This document shows, piece after piece, positions 11,850 through 20,000 of a stretch of 20,000 nt of DNA; within the stretch, counting starts at the first letter, position 1, and every line of letters starts with the position of its first letter. The stretch lies in the NCBI RefSeq assembly GCF_004010195.1, contig NC_057719.1, positions 84,224,131 to 84,244,130 of the forward strand, written 5' to 3'. A program made the translations under genes and the position numbers. The DNA comes from Chiloscyllium plagiosum (Eukaryota). The notes beneath the pieces were generated by a model, which was not told the origin of the DNA, made no database searches, and saw nothing but the letters and a program-made list of their open reading frames with translations.

Positions 11850-12436
11850 TTTGTAACATCACCCAACTTCAGCAGTCTCATCTCATTTACTGATGAAACC
11901 TGTCTTCATGTCTTTACTTCTAGACTTGACTATCCCTACACATGTTTGGCTGTCCTCCCACACTATATTGTCCATAAACTTGACGATATTCAAAGTTAGA
12001 CTGCCAGTGTCATGACTGTCAGCAAGCCCCATTCACTTATAAACTGTGTTCAATGAACGGCATTGACTTGATTTTCAAACTTTAAGTTTCGTCAAACTTT
12101 TCCCTGGCCTTATCCCATCCCGTCTCTGTAATCTCAGGGTGCACAGACATCAGAGAAGTTCACGCTCCTCTAAATTCAGTGTTTCTGCAAATTTAATTGC
12201 TGCTCCACTGTGACTCAGCCCAAGCTCTGGGATATCATCACTGTGAGCTGACCTCTCCACCTTGCTATCCTCACTTCAGAAAATCATTGACACCTGCCTG
12301 CCTGACCAAGCTTTGGGTTTTCTGACCGAATGCTATCGTGCGTGGTTCAGTGTCATATTTTGTGCTATAATGGTACTGCGAAGCACTTTGAGATATATCA
12401 TGATATTAAAGACATTAATAAATACATGCTGATGTT
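11850..12436 (+). mobile_element. Degenerate L2 LINE 3' fragment
   Basis: TCTAGACTTGACTAT (SRLDY motif), CTGTCCTCCCA, TTGATTTTCAAA, CCAAGCTCTGG and an L2-type tail (...GAAGCACTTTGAGA...ATTAAAGACATTAATAAATACATG). Confidence 0.7.
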
Positions 12437-12789
12437 TGTGGCAATAGTGCTACCAGCAACATTTATTAACCAGCAACATGCTTACCCATGCTCCTTCTGC
12501 CAAGACCACCCACCTCCAGGCCTCAATACCTCAAGACATAAAAGCCAAATTCCAAAGCTAAGGTCATAGCAACATACCATTAAATGTTAACTCTCAAGAT
12601 ACTGGCAACAATGGCACGGCTAATATTTATTTGCAGAATTTTAACACAGCAATGAAGAACGAGGGAATGGCAACATATGTGCATGAGATGAGAACCCTAA
12701 GACAATTGTCAGCAGCACTCACAGGAGTAGGCAACAGGAGGACACCAAGACAGACAGTCAACATAACTGAAAGGAGTGAATGAGAAATG

Positions 12790-13165
12790 AAGCCCATGGC
12801 AGGCAGAAATAGAGTCAGATTCCCTGCAACTGATTAGAATTGGTTCTGGCCCTACTACAGAAAAAGGAGCTAGATGTTTGATGAGTGTCTGATAAAGGGT
12901 TAAAGTCTTTTAGATGCTTAAATTTTAACACAGGAAACAAATTGGTGTTAAAATTAATAAAATATATAAAGGCAACATAAGTAAGACACCAATATAATTA
13001 AAACTCGTTAAGGATGGCAGTGCAGGTGATGCATCAAGGATGCAGTATGTAGAAGAACTCCTGAATACCATTGTTAAGCAGAGTAAACACCTCTGCAATC
13101 AACTTCTGATAGTTGAGCAGCTTTGGCTCAGAGTTTTTGCACTGAAGGCTGAACTACGTAGAACA
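12790..13165 (+). mobile_element. CR1 5' region: 5' UTR plus decayed ORF1 N-terminus (zinc finger and leucine zipper)
   Basis: ATG at about 13015 reads MAVQVMHQGCSM*, then in another frame LLNTIVKQSKHLCNQLLIVEQLWLRVFALKAEL. This fits a decayed CxxC...CxxC plus heptad-leucine N-terminus typical of vertebrate CR1 ORF1. Based on recalled consensus. Confidence 0.55.
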
Positions 13166-13189
13166 ACGACAGTTCTGTTGCATACTGAA

Positions 13190-13500
13190 GGAGTCATAAT
13201 AGGCACAAAGGCTCAAGGATATGGCATTGATTGAATGAAAACTGGGTTCTTGCATATGAATTATATTCAGAAAAACCGGTGCAAAAGCCAGAATCACAAG
13301 TGACTTTAAGCCCTGAATTCCCATCTGGGAAGGGATGATGAAAGGAAGGCTTTAAAAAGACAATGTTTGTTTTTAAAAAGCAACAGTGATATTGGAAGAA
13401 TAGGAGAAGTGGGATGTACTAAATTCAGGTTTCAGAGAATCCACTTATAAATCCTACAGTAGATTGAATGGCCTCCCTCTGTGCTGTACAGTTCTATATG
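13190..13500 (+). mobile_element. Highly degenerate CR1 3' end
   Basis: Ends TTGAATGGCCTCCCTCTGTGCTGTACAGTTCTAT, a CR1-type terminal stem plus TTCTAT repeat unit, preceded by GGAGAAGTGGGA 3' UTR-like sequence. Confidence 0.55.
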
Positions 13501-13716
13501 TATGGAAAACTATGGATGTATTCCTGCATCCGTGCCTTCGGGGATCAAACAAAGAACATTTGTTTCACCCAAACACACACATCTCCAAAAACTGTGGAAA
13601 AACCCAGTCAGCACAGAAAGAAAAAAAAAAGAGAAGAAAACCCTAACCAAGGAACAAATTACAAAATTAGAAGCTGATATCAAAAATCTTATGATTTAAC
13701 AACAATCTTCACTTAC

Positions 13717-13830
13717 AGTGACCATTTTAGGAGCACAAGCCTTACTGACAGTTTTTGCTAATGCAGAAACCTTCTGGATACTCTGACCCGTGAATCTCAT
13801 CAGCTCCAGTGGAGAAAGGGATAGAAAGTC
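13717..13830 (-). CDS. RAD51B: RAD51B second coding exon (114 nt): DFLSLSPLELMRFTGQSIQKVSALAKTVSKACAPKMVT
   Basis: Translated by hand; not in the ORF track. Matches human DFLCLSPLELMKVTGLSYRGVHELLCMVSRACAPKMQT. Acceptor TATTTGTTTTTTTAACAG, donor GTAAGT, phase 0/0. Confidence 0.96.
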
Positions 13831-14000
13831 CTGTTAAAAAAACAAATACGCATTCTCAGGTCTAAGAGATGACAAAGTCTTTAACAAAACCTCATTTCTA
13901 AAGTAAACCACCCTGAACACCAAACTAAAGTATGTCGGAAGTCTATGGAAGATGGTCAAAGAGAAAGGCTCAAACTTTAGACAGAGATAGTGCAAGGCTC

Positions 14001-14125
14001 TTCTGAGGAAGGGTCACTTGGCCTGAAACATTAAATTCGATTTCTCTCCATAGACCTGCTGAGCTTTTCCAGCGATTTCTGTTTTTGTTTCTGATTTACA
14101 GCATCTGCAGTTCTTTCGGTTTTTA
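14001..14125 (+). mobile_element. Single-arm Penelope-terminus-like short repeat with a degenerate hammerhead-like core
   Basis: CTGAGGAA-GGGTC-ACTT-GGCCT-GAAAC followed by GACCTGCTGAGCTTTTCCAGC...CAGCATCTGCAG, which resembles the right arm of the 8323-8525 element (GACCTGCTGTACTTTTCCAGC...CAGTACCTGCAA). Confidence 0.7.
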
Positions 14126-14149
14126 TATAGTGCTGATTGGTTTGAAATG

Positions 14150-14280
14150 AAGGAAGATTTACATTTATATTGCCTTTTCACAATCTCAGAACATCCCAAA
14201 CCCTCTGCAGCTACCAAAGTGTATTGAAGTATAGTCAAAACAGGCATTTCCAATAAATGTGCAACCACGCAGCAACAAAA
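14150..14280 (-). mobile_element. 3' fragment of an L2-tailed DeuSINE-like (SacSINE1/AmnSINE-type) element
   Basis: TTACATTTATATTGCCTTTTCACAATCTCAGAACATCCCAAA...ATTGAAGTATAGTCA matches the recalled reverse-complement 3' tail of this SINE group. Confidence 0.55.
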
Positions 14281-14344
14281 AGCCCTGAGCAGGCTTTAAT
14301 GAGTTAGTCTTTTTAAATTACTGCATGTGCAGATAAATGATTTT

Positions 14345-14735
14345 AGAGGATAAAAGGGGAATCATACTTAAAAACATTGGCACACATGCAAAAGAAAATT
14401 ATAGTGAGTAGTGGCACTATTGTAATGTAGCAAATAGTGCAGAAAACATATTCACAGTGAAGTTCCACAAACAGAAATGTTATTATGGCCAAATAAGTTC
14501 CTTTTAAGTGAGGGTGGCTAAGAAATAAATCTTAGCCAAAATACATACTAGGGAAAATCTCTGTAGCTCTATTTCAAATAAAACTACAGGTTGTTTTTTG
14601 TCTAAACAGAGAGGCGGTTTCAGCAATTGCACCCACAGGGTGGGGAGTGGCAGCCCAGATTATACACTCAAGTCACTGCAGTGAGACTTGCTGCCACAAC
14701 CTTCTGCCTAGAGCCAATGAGCAAGAACTGAAATT
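14345..14735 (-). mobile_element. Degenerate DeuSINE-like (SacSINE1-type) SINE
   Basis: CACTATTGTAATGTAG...TTCCACAAACAGAAATG...ATAAATCTTAGCCA...GCTCTATTTCAAATA (Deu-domain-like), followed by a tRNA-like head on the minus strand (CTCAAGTCACTGCAGTGAGACTTGCTGCCACAACCTTCTG). Based on recalled consensus. Confidence 0.6.
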
Positions 14736-15184
14736 CTGAGTGTAGCTATGCTGGAAAAAGCCTCAGTCACAGATGCTGACACTGAAAAAGCATCAATAGT
14801 CTGTCATTCAAATGTAGAGGAGAGAAAATGGAATATAGGCCTGAACAACATGACAGATGCAGGGTGGAGTCGGGTGAAGAAGAATCTGTAAATTCTGATG
14901 ACTGTGAAATTGACATACTGCAGTTTAGATAACAGATTCTCAAGGGTTGTACTGATGGGGAAGCATACCGGACTTTCAACAAAATTGGCATCAGAGCGGT
15001 TTAGGTCTGGATTCTGCAGGCCTCCAGAACTGGTCTATGCAAAGTGTGGGCAAAGATGGTAAGACTGGACTACTATGTTGTGTAACAATCAACTCTGTTT
15101 GCACGCACCAACCCAGGTGGAGAAAGTGAACAGTGCAACACTGATGCAGACAATTCAATTTTGGTTTTGTTCCACAGGAACCAA

Positions 15185-15288
15185 ATTCAGGAGCAGGAGT
15201 AGGCCAAGTCCCGCTTCAAGCCTACTCCAGCATTCAATAAGATCACAGCTGATCTAGTTGTGCTCTCAGGTCTACTTGCCTGAGTGCA
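15185..15288 (-). mobile_element. CR1 3' terminus running into the assembly gap
   Basis: GGAGCAGGAGTAGGCCA...TTCAAGCCTACTCCAGCATTCAATAAGATCACAGCTGATC matches the CR1 end at 16333-16400 (GGTGCAGGAGTAGGCCATT...CCATTCAATATGATCATGGCTGATC). Confidence 0.8.
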
Positions 15289-15788
15289 NNNNNNNNNNNN
15301 NNNNNNNNNNNNNNNNNNNNNNNNNNNNNNNNNNNNNNNNNNNNNNNNNNNNNNNNNNNNNNNNNNNNNNNNNNNNNNNNNNNNNNNNNNNNNNNNNNNN
15401 NNNNNNNNNNNNNNNNNNNNNNNNNNNNNNNNNNNNNNNNNNNNNNNNNNNNNNNNNNNNNNNNNNNNNNNNNNNNNNNNNNNNNNNNNNNNNNNNNNNN
15501 NNNNNNNNNNNNNNNNNNNNNNNNNNNNNNNNNNNNNNNNNNNNNNNNNNNNNNNNNNNNNNNNNNNNNNNNNNNNNNNNNNNNNNNNNNNNNNNNNNNN
15601 NNNNNNNNNNNNNNNNNNNNNNNNNNNNNNNNNNNNNNNNNNNNNNNNNNNNNNNNNNNNNNNNNNNNNNNNNNNNNNNNNNNNNNNNNNNNNNNNNNNN
15701 NNNNNNNNNNNNNNNNNNNNNNNNNNNNNNNNNNNNNNNNNNNNNNNNNNNNNNNNNNNNNNNNNNNNNNNNNNNNNNNNNNNNNNNN
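15289..15788. other. Assembly gap (500 N)
   Basis: Run of exactly 500 N. The round number suggests a placeholder rather than a measured size. Confidence 0.99.
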
Positions 15789-16322
15789 GATCACATGGGA
15801 TCCAAGGAGATCTAGCCAATTGGACACAAAATTGACTGAAAGGTAGGAGACAGAGGGTGACGATAAAGAGTTGCTGTCTAGATTGGAGGCCAGTGATATT
15901 CCACAGGGATCAGTACTGGGTCCAATGTTTTCACTATTTATACACATGATTTGATTAAGAACATAGGAAGCGTGGTTAGTAAGTTTGTGGATGACACCAG
16001 AATTGGTGGTATAGCAAACAGTGAAGAATGTTATCTGACAGTGCAATGGGATCTTGATCAGCTGTGCCAACAGGCCAAGGAATGACAGATGGAGTTTAAT
16101 TCAGATAAATGCAAGGTGTTGCATTTTGGTAAGACAAACCAGGGTAAGTCTTACACAATTAATGGTCAGGCCCTGGGGAGTGTTGTCAAACAGGGAGACG
16201 AGAGATTAGGAAAATAGTTCCTTGAAAGTGATGTTATAGGTGGTCAGAGTGGTGAAGAAGACATTTGACATGCTTGCCTTCATTGGTCAAAGCATTGAGT
16301 ATAGGAGGCGAGGTATCATGTT

Positions 16323-17446
16323 AATAGACAATAGGTGCAGGAGTAGGCCATTCTGCCCTTCGAGCCTGCACCACCATTCAATATGATCATGGCTGATCAT
16401 CCTTAATCAGTATCCTGTTCCTGCCTTATCTCCATAACCCTTGATTCCACTATCCTTGGGAGCTCTATCCAACTCTTTCTTAAATGAATCCAGAGACTGG
16501 GCCTCCACTGCCTTCTGGGGCAGAGCATTCCACACAGCCACCACTCTCTGGGTGAAGAAGTTTCTCCTCATCTCTGTCCTAAATGGTCTACCCCGTATTT
16601 TTAAGCGGTGTCCTCTGGTTCGGCACTCACCCATCAGCGGAAACATGTTTCCTGCCTCCAGAGTGTCCAATCCTTTAATAATCTTATATGTCTCAATCAG
16701 ATCCCCTCTCAGTCTTCTAAACTCAAGGGTATACAAGCCCAGTCGCTCCAGTCTTTCAGCATAAGGTAGTCCCGCCATTCCAGGAATTGACCTCGTGAAC
16801 CTACGCTGCACTCCGTCAATAGCCAGAATGTCTTTCCTCAAATTTGGAGACCAGAACTGCACACAATACTCCAGGTGTGGTCTCACCAGGGCCCTGTACA
16901 GCTGTAGAAGCACCTCTTTGCTTCTATACTCAATTCCTCTTGTTATGAAGGCCAGCATGCTATTAGCCTTCTTCACTACCTGCTGTACCTGCATGCTGGC
17001 CTTCATAACAAGAGGAATTGAGTATAGACTGGTATACAAGAACACCCAGATCTCTTTGTACTGCCCCTTTACCTAAACTGATTCCATTTAGGTAGTAATC
17101 TGCCTTCCTGTTCTTGCCACCAAAGTGGATAACCATACATTTATCCACATTAAACTGCATTTGCCATGCATCTGACCACTCACCTAACCTGTCCAGGTCA
17201 CCCTGTAATCTCCCAACATCCTCCTCACATTTCACCCTGCCACCCAACTTAGTATCATCAGCAAATTTGTTAATTTTATTACTAATACCATCTTCTATAT
17301 CATTAATATATATTGTAAAAAGCTGCGGTCCCAGCACTGATCCCTGTGGTACCCCACTGGTCACTGCCTGCCATTCCGAAATGGAGCCGTTTATCACTAC
17401 TCTTTGTTTCCTGTCAGCCAACTAACTTTCAATCCAAATTAGTACT
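16323..17446 (-). mobile_element. Young 5'-truncated CR1 LINE nested in the plus-strand CR1
   Basis: Two long open ORFs (16963-17421 and 16407-17045) with [49 protein letters not shown] and RRLRGDLIETYK. The only break is one frameshift at the internal hairpin. 3' UTR ends ...CCTATTGTCTATT. Confidence 0.95.
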
Positions 17447-17560
17447 TTGTGGCTATGCTGGATATTAGTGAGGATCCTTCTGGAGTACTGCATATAGCTC
17501 TGGTCACCCCACTTTAGGAAATATATTATTAAATTGAAAAGGGTGCAATAAAGATATTCA

Positions 17561-17872
17561 GCTCTTCTTTAGAAATTACAGTGTGGAAACAGGCCCTTCA
17601 GCCCAAAAAGTCCACACTGGCCCTCCAAAGAGCAACCCACTCAGACCCATTCACCTACAATAACCCCTTCAACTAACACTACGGGCAATTTAGCATGGCC
17701 AATTCACCTAACCTACACATTTTTGGACTGTGGGAGGAAACCAGAGCACCCGGAGGAAACCCACGCAGATTTGGGGAGAATGTGCAAACTTCACACAGAC
17801 AGTTGCCTGAGGCAGGAATTGAACCTGGATCTCTGGCACTGTGAGGCAGCAGTGCTAACCACTGTGCCACCC
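17561..17872 (-). mobile_element. HE1-type V-SINE nested in the plus-strand CR1
   Basis: Reverse complement reads GGTGGCACAGTGGTTAGCACTGCTGCCTCACAGTGCCAGAGATCCAGGTTCAATTCC (A and B boxes), then the V-core and the CR1-type tail GAAGGGCCTGTTTCCACACTGTAA. Confidence 0.93.
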
Positions 17873-18292
17873 ATGAGCATGCTACCAGGGCTGGAGGGTT
17901 TGAGTTATAAGGAGAGGCTGGATAGGCTGGGACTTTTTCTCTGGAGCACAGGAGGTCGAGGGGTGACCTTACACAGGTTTATAAAATTATGAGGAAAAAA
18001 GATAAGATGAACAGCAAAGGTCTTTTCCCTAGGGTAGGCGAATTCAAAATTACAGGGCATAGTTTTAAGGTGAGAGGGGAAAGATTTAAAAGGGACCTGA
18101 GGGATAACAGAGGGAGATGCATATGTGGCATAAACTGCCAGCAGTAGTAGTAGATGAAGATATAGTTACAACATTTAAAATACATTTGGACAGGAAAATG
18201 AATAGGAAAGGTTTAGAGGGACATGGGCCAAATGCAGGCAAATGGAACTAGTTTAGTTTGGAAGCTGGATGGAAGGGTCTGTTATGACTCTC

Positions 18293-18490
18293 AAGAATTT
18301 ATATGTTTCAATGAGATCAACTCTTATTCTTCAAGACACCAACAGATAAAGACCTAATCTGTTCCACCGTCTTCATAAACCCTTTAATCCAGGATTGAGA
18401 CAAGCAAACCTTCTCTGAAACGCTTCTAAACCTAATACATCTTTTTACAACTCAGGTCCCAGTGTTCATTCAAATGTCTGGTCAGGCGCA
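18293..18490 (-). mobile_element. Old CR1 ORF2 C-terminal fragment, probably the continuation of the 15185-15288 element
   Basis: AAGAATTTATATGTTTCAATGAGATCAACTCTTATTCTTC is colinear with 16678-16720 (ATAATCTTATATGTCTCAATCAGATCCCCTCTCAGTCTTC). Confidence 0.65.
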
Positions 18491-18873
18491 ACTAGCCTCA
18501 GCAATTGGATGCAGACGAAATATATAGTCTGCTAGGTTTGCCATTAGTGAGCTCCATTGGAAAAAGGTGTCTGTTGAAAACAGGAACTAACTTCATAATA
18601 TTATCCTCACACAACAAAAACGGCACATAACTGAAAGGATTCCTATCTGGAGGAGGCCCTCTTGGGTAGGGTATCAGAGGACAGTTTTGTTGGATTGCCT
18701 TGAACAGAATGAGAAGGGAACTGGGAAAAGAAACCATTCATCAGAATGAACGATGCTAATGTTCTTCATTACTCTGTGGGGCCATCAGCTAAGTTGCTTA
18801 AACATGCAAGTTTGCTGTAATTATATCCAAGCTGGTCGTAGCATCACCTTGGAATGACGAGCCACTGCCTTAC

Positions 18874-18957
18874 CTGACAGTTTATAATCTGGTATTTGCT
18901 AAGCCTTTCACACAAATCTGAAGGCAGGCCTGTCCTCTTCAGCTTTTTGTTTGCCAT
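18874..18957 (-). CDS. RAD51B: RAD51B first coding exon (84 coding nt): MANKKLKRTGLPSDLCERLSKYQIINCQ
   Basis: Translated by hand. Matches human MGSKKLKRVGLSQELCDRLSRHQILTCQ. Start context AAAACATGG (A at -3, G at +4); donor GTAAGG. A likely acceptor (TTTCGTTTTCCTAAACTAG) puts the exon start at 18967, implying an upstream non-coding exon. Confidence 0.96.
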
Positions 18958-19055
18958 GTTTTGCAATCTAGTTTAGGAAAACGAAACGATATTGAAATAG
19001 ATTCAAAGTGATTGTACTATGACATCAATGAACAATTCAAATTGCATTGATTGAG

Positions 19056-19075
19056 CACACACACACACACACACA
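19056..19075. repeat. (CA)10 microsatellite
   Basis: Read directly; about 90 nt upstream of the RAD51B first-coding-exon acceptor in transcript orientation. Confidence 0.95.
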
Positions 19076-19710
19076 TTTCCCATAGCTTTCATAAGTTAGC
19101 CAGTCATGCCAACTGCCTTTGGACGCTTACCACCATGTTAAAAGCATTATAAGAATACAAGTCATTAAATGTTACATTTGATTATTTGTGCCCTCCCATG
19201 GACTGGAACAGTCACTGAACACAATATGCAACTGAGATTTGCTTCCTCATCACACACAGGTAAGATGCAGAATTTATGGGCCAAATCTTGCAATTTCTCT
19301 GAGTTTGTGAAAACACGACATACTTTAGGTTCAATTCTAATTTATTCCAGATAAAATTATGACAACGAATAAATCAGATGAGAGGACTGACAGGTTCAAC
19401 ATGAATAATGTTCACAGAATTTCATGGCGCAGCAAGAGGTCATATACAATTTATATGCCATTCCACCGAGCTTACACATCAGTTATAAAACGCAAGTACC
19501 CTGGAGGGAAAAGCAGCAGAGATGGGAGATAAGTGACTCCTACATCTCCCACTAACCCAGTGGTTGACACTAGACCCTGTCCTTCTCCCTCCACTGGACT
19601 CACTGACTGACCCTGTTCACTTTGTTTCCCCATGCCCCACTTCCCCAGATCCAGCGACAGACTCTGCCATCCCTATGTCCCTCTCCCCCATTTGCAGTAA
19701 TTGACAGGGC

Positions 19711-19993
19711 CCCTTTGTCCCTCTCCCCAACACCCAGTGGATATCCCAAGGCCACATCTCTACCCACAGACCCCCAGTGACGTACGCTGGCCCATTTCAG
19801 CCCACTATCCTTCTCTGTCAAACCCAGTACCTGACCAGTGTCTAACTCTATACCCTTTGTCCTCTCCCCAACACCCAGTGGATATCCCAAGGCCACATCT
19901 CTACCCACAGACCCCCAGTGACGTACGCTGGCCCATTTCAGCCCACTATCCTTCTCTGTCAAACCCAGTACCTGACCAGTGTCTAACTCTATA
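19711..19993. repeat. Tandem duplication of 142 bp and 141 bp units
   Basis: 19711-19852 and 19853-19993 are identical except for one C missing near the start of the second unit. Confidence 0.95.
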
Positions 19994-20000
19994 TTCACCC

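Larger units (their letters stand above)
15789..18292 (+). mobile_element. CR1 LINE (same family as 1432-3507, more decayed) in three pieces: 15789-16322, about 17447-17560 and about 17873-18292
   Basis: [28 protein letters not shown] and QMEFNSDKC motifs. The pieces rejoin colinearly with the 2385-3500 copy (CATGTT|GTGGCT versus CATGTTGCGGCT; AAAGATATTCA|..GCATGCTACCAGGG versus AAAGATTAACAAGGATGTTGCCAGGG). Ends GAAGGGTCTGTTATGACTCT. Confidence 0.9.

Noticed and set aside
14825..15005. Acidic reading frame MEYRPEQHDRCRVESGEEESVNSDDCEIDILQFR as a possible exon or pseudogene
   Set aside because: Short, stop-interrupted, antisense to RAD51B and with no recognisable homology.
15187..16070. Long ORFs of 183-275 aa spanning the N-run
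   Set aside because: Artefacts of translating 500 Ns as X.
16441..17425. Plus-strand ORFs, including one repeating the peptide MLAFITRGIEYR
   Set aside because: Antisense shadows of the CR1 ORF2; the shared peptide comes from the 38-bp inverted repeat.
18670..18750. Possible intronic C/D-box snoRNA on the minus strand (TGATGA ... CTGA about 70 nt apart)
   Set aside because: The C box lacks the leading purine, there is no terminal stem, and I recognise no rRNA or snRNA guide complementarity.
19600..19998. 132-aa ORF with an internal repeat
   Set aside because: The repeat simply reflects the 141-bp DNA duplication in skewed sequence; no recognisable protein features.
1..20000. CRISPR arrays, bona fide tRNA or rRNA genes, prokaryotic operons
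   Set aside because: No regularly spaced repeat-spacer pattern; the tRNA-like boxes belong to SINE heads; the sequence is intron-rich eukaryotic DNA.

Overview
Eukaryotic (vertebrate) genomic DNA, almost certainly from a shark or other elasmobranch, judged from HE1-type V-SINEs, DeuSINE-like remnants and abundant CR1 LINEs. The only host gene I can support is RAD51B on the minus strand. Its first three coding exons lie at 18874-18957, 13717-13830 and 4177-4293 (84, 114 and 117 nt, all GT-AG, all phase 0). The Walker A exon should lie left of the window and the non-coding first exon probably right of it. The introns are mostly decayed retroelements: several CR1 families (some nested), a 5'-truncated RTE-clade LINE, L2 remnants, SINEs and two short Penelope-terminus-like elements with degenerate hammerhead-ribozyme-like cores. 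There is a 500-N assembly gap at 15289-15788. Nearly all listed ORFs are broken LINE ORF2 pieces or their antisense shadows. I see no convincing new biological system. The most interesting observations are: a TSD-flanked palindromic mini-element with hammerhead-like cores; a perfect 38-bp hairpin apparently made by template switching inside a young CR1; an inverted SINE pair around two in-frame exons; and a CR1 5' end joined almost directly to a CR1 3' end. Repeat-family assignments come from recalled consensus features, not from database searches.
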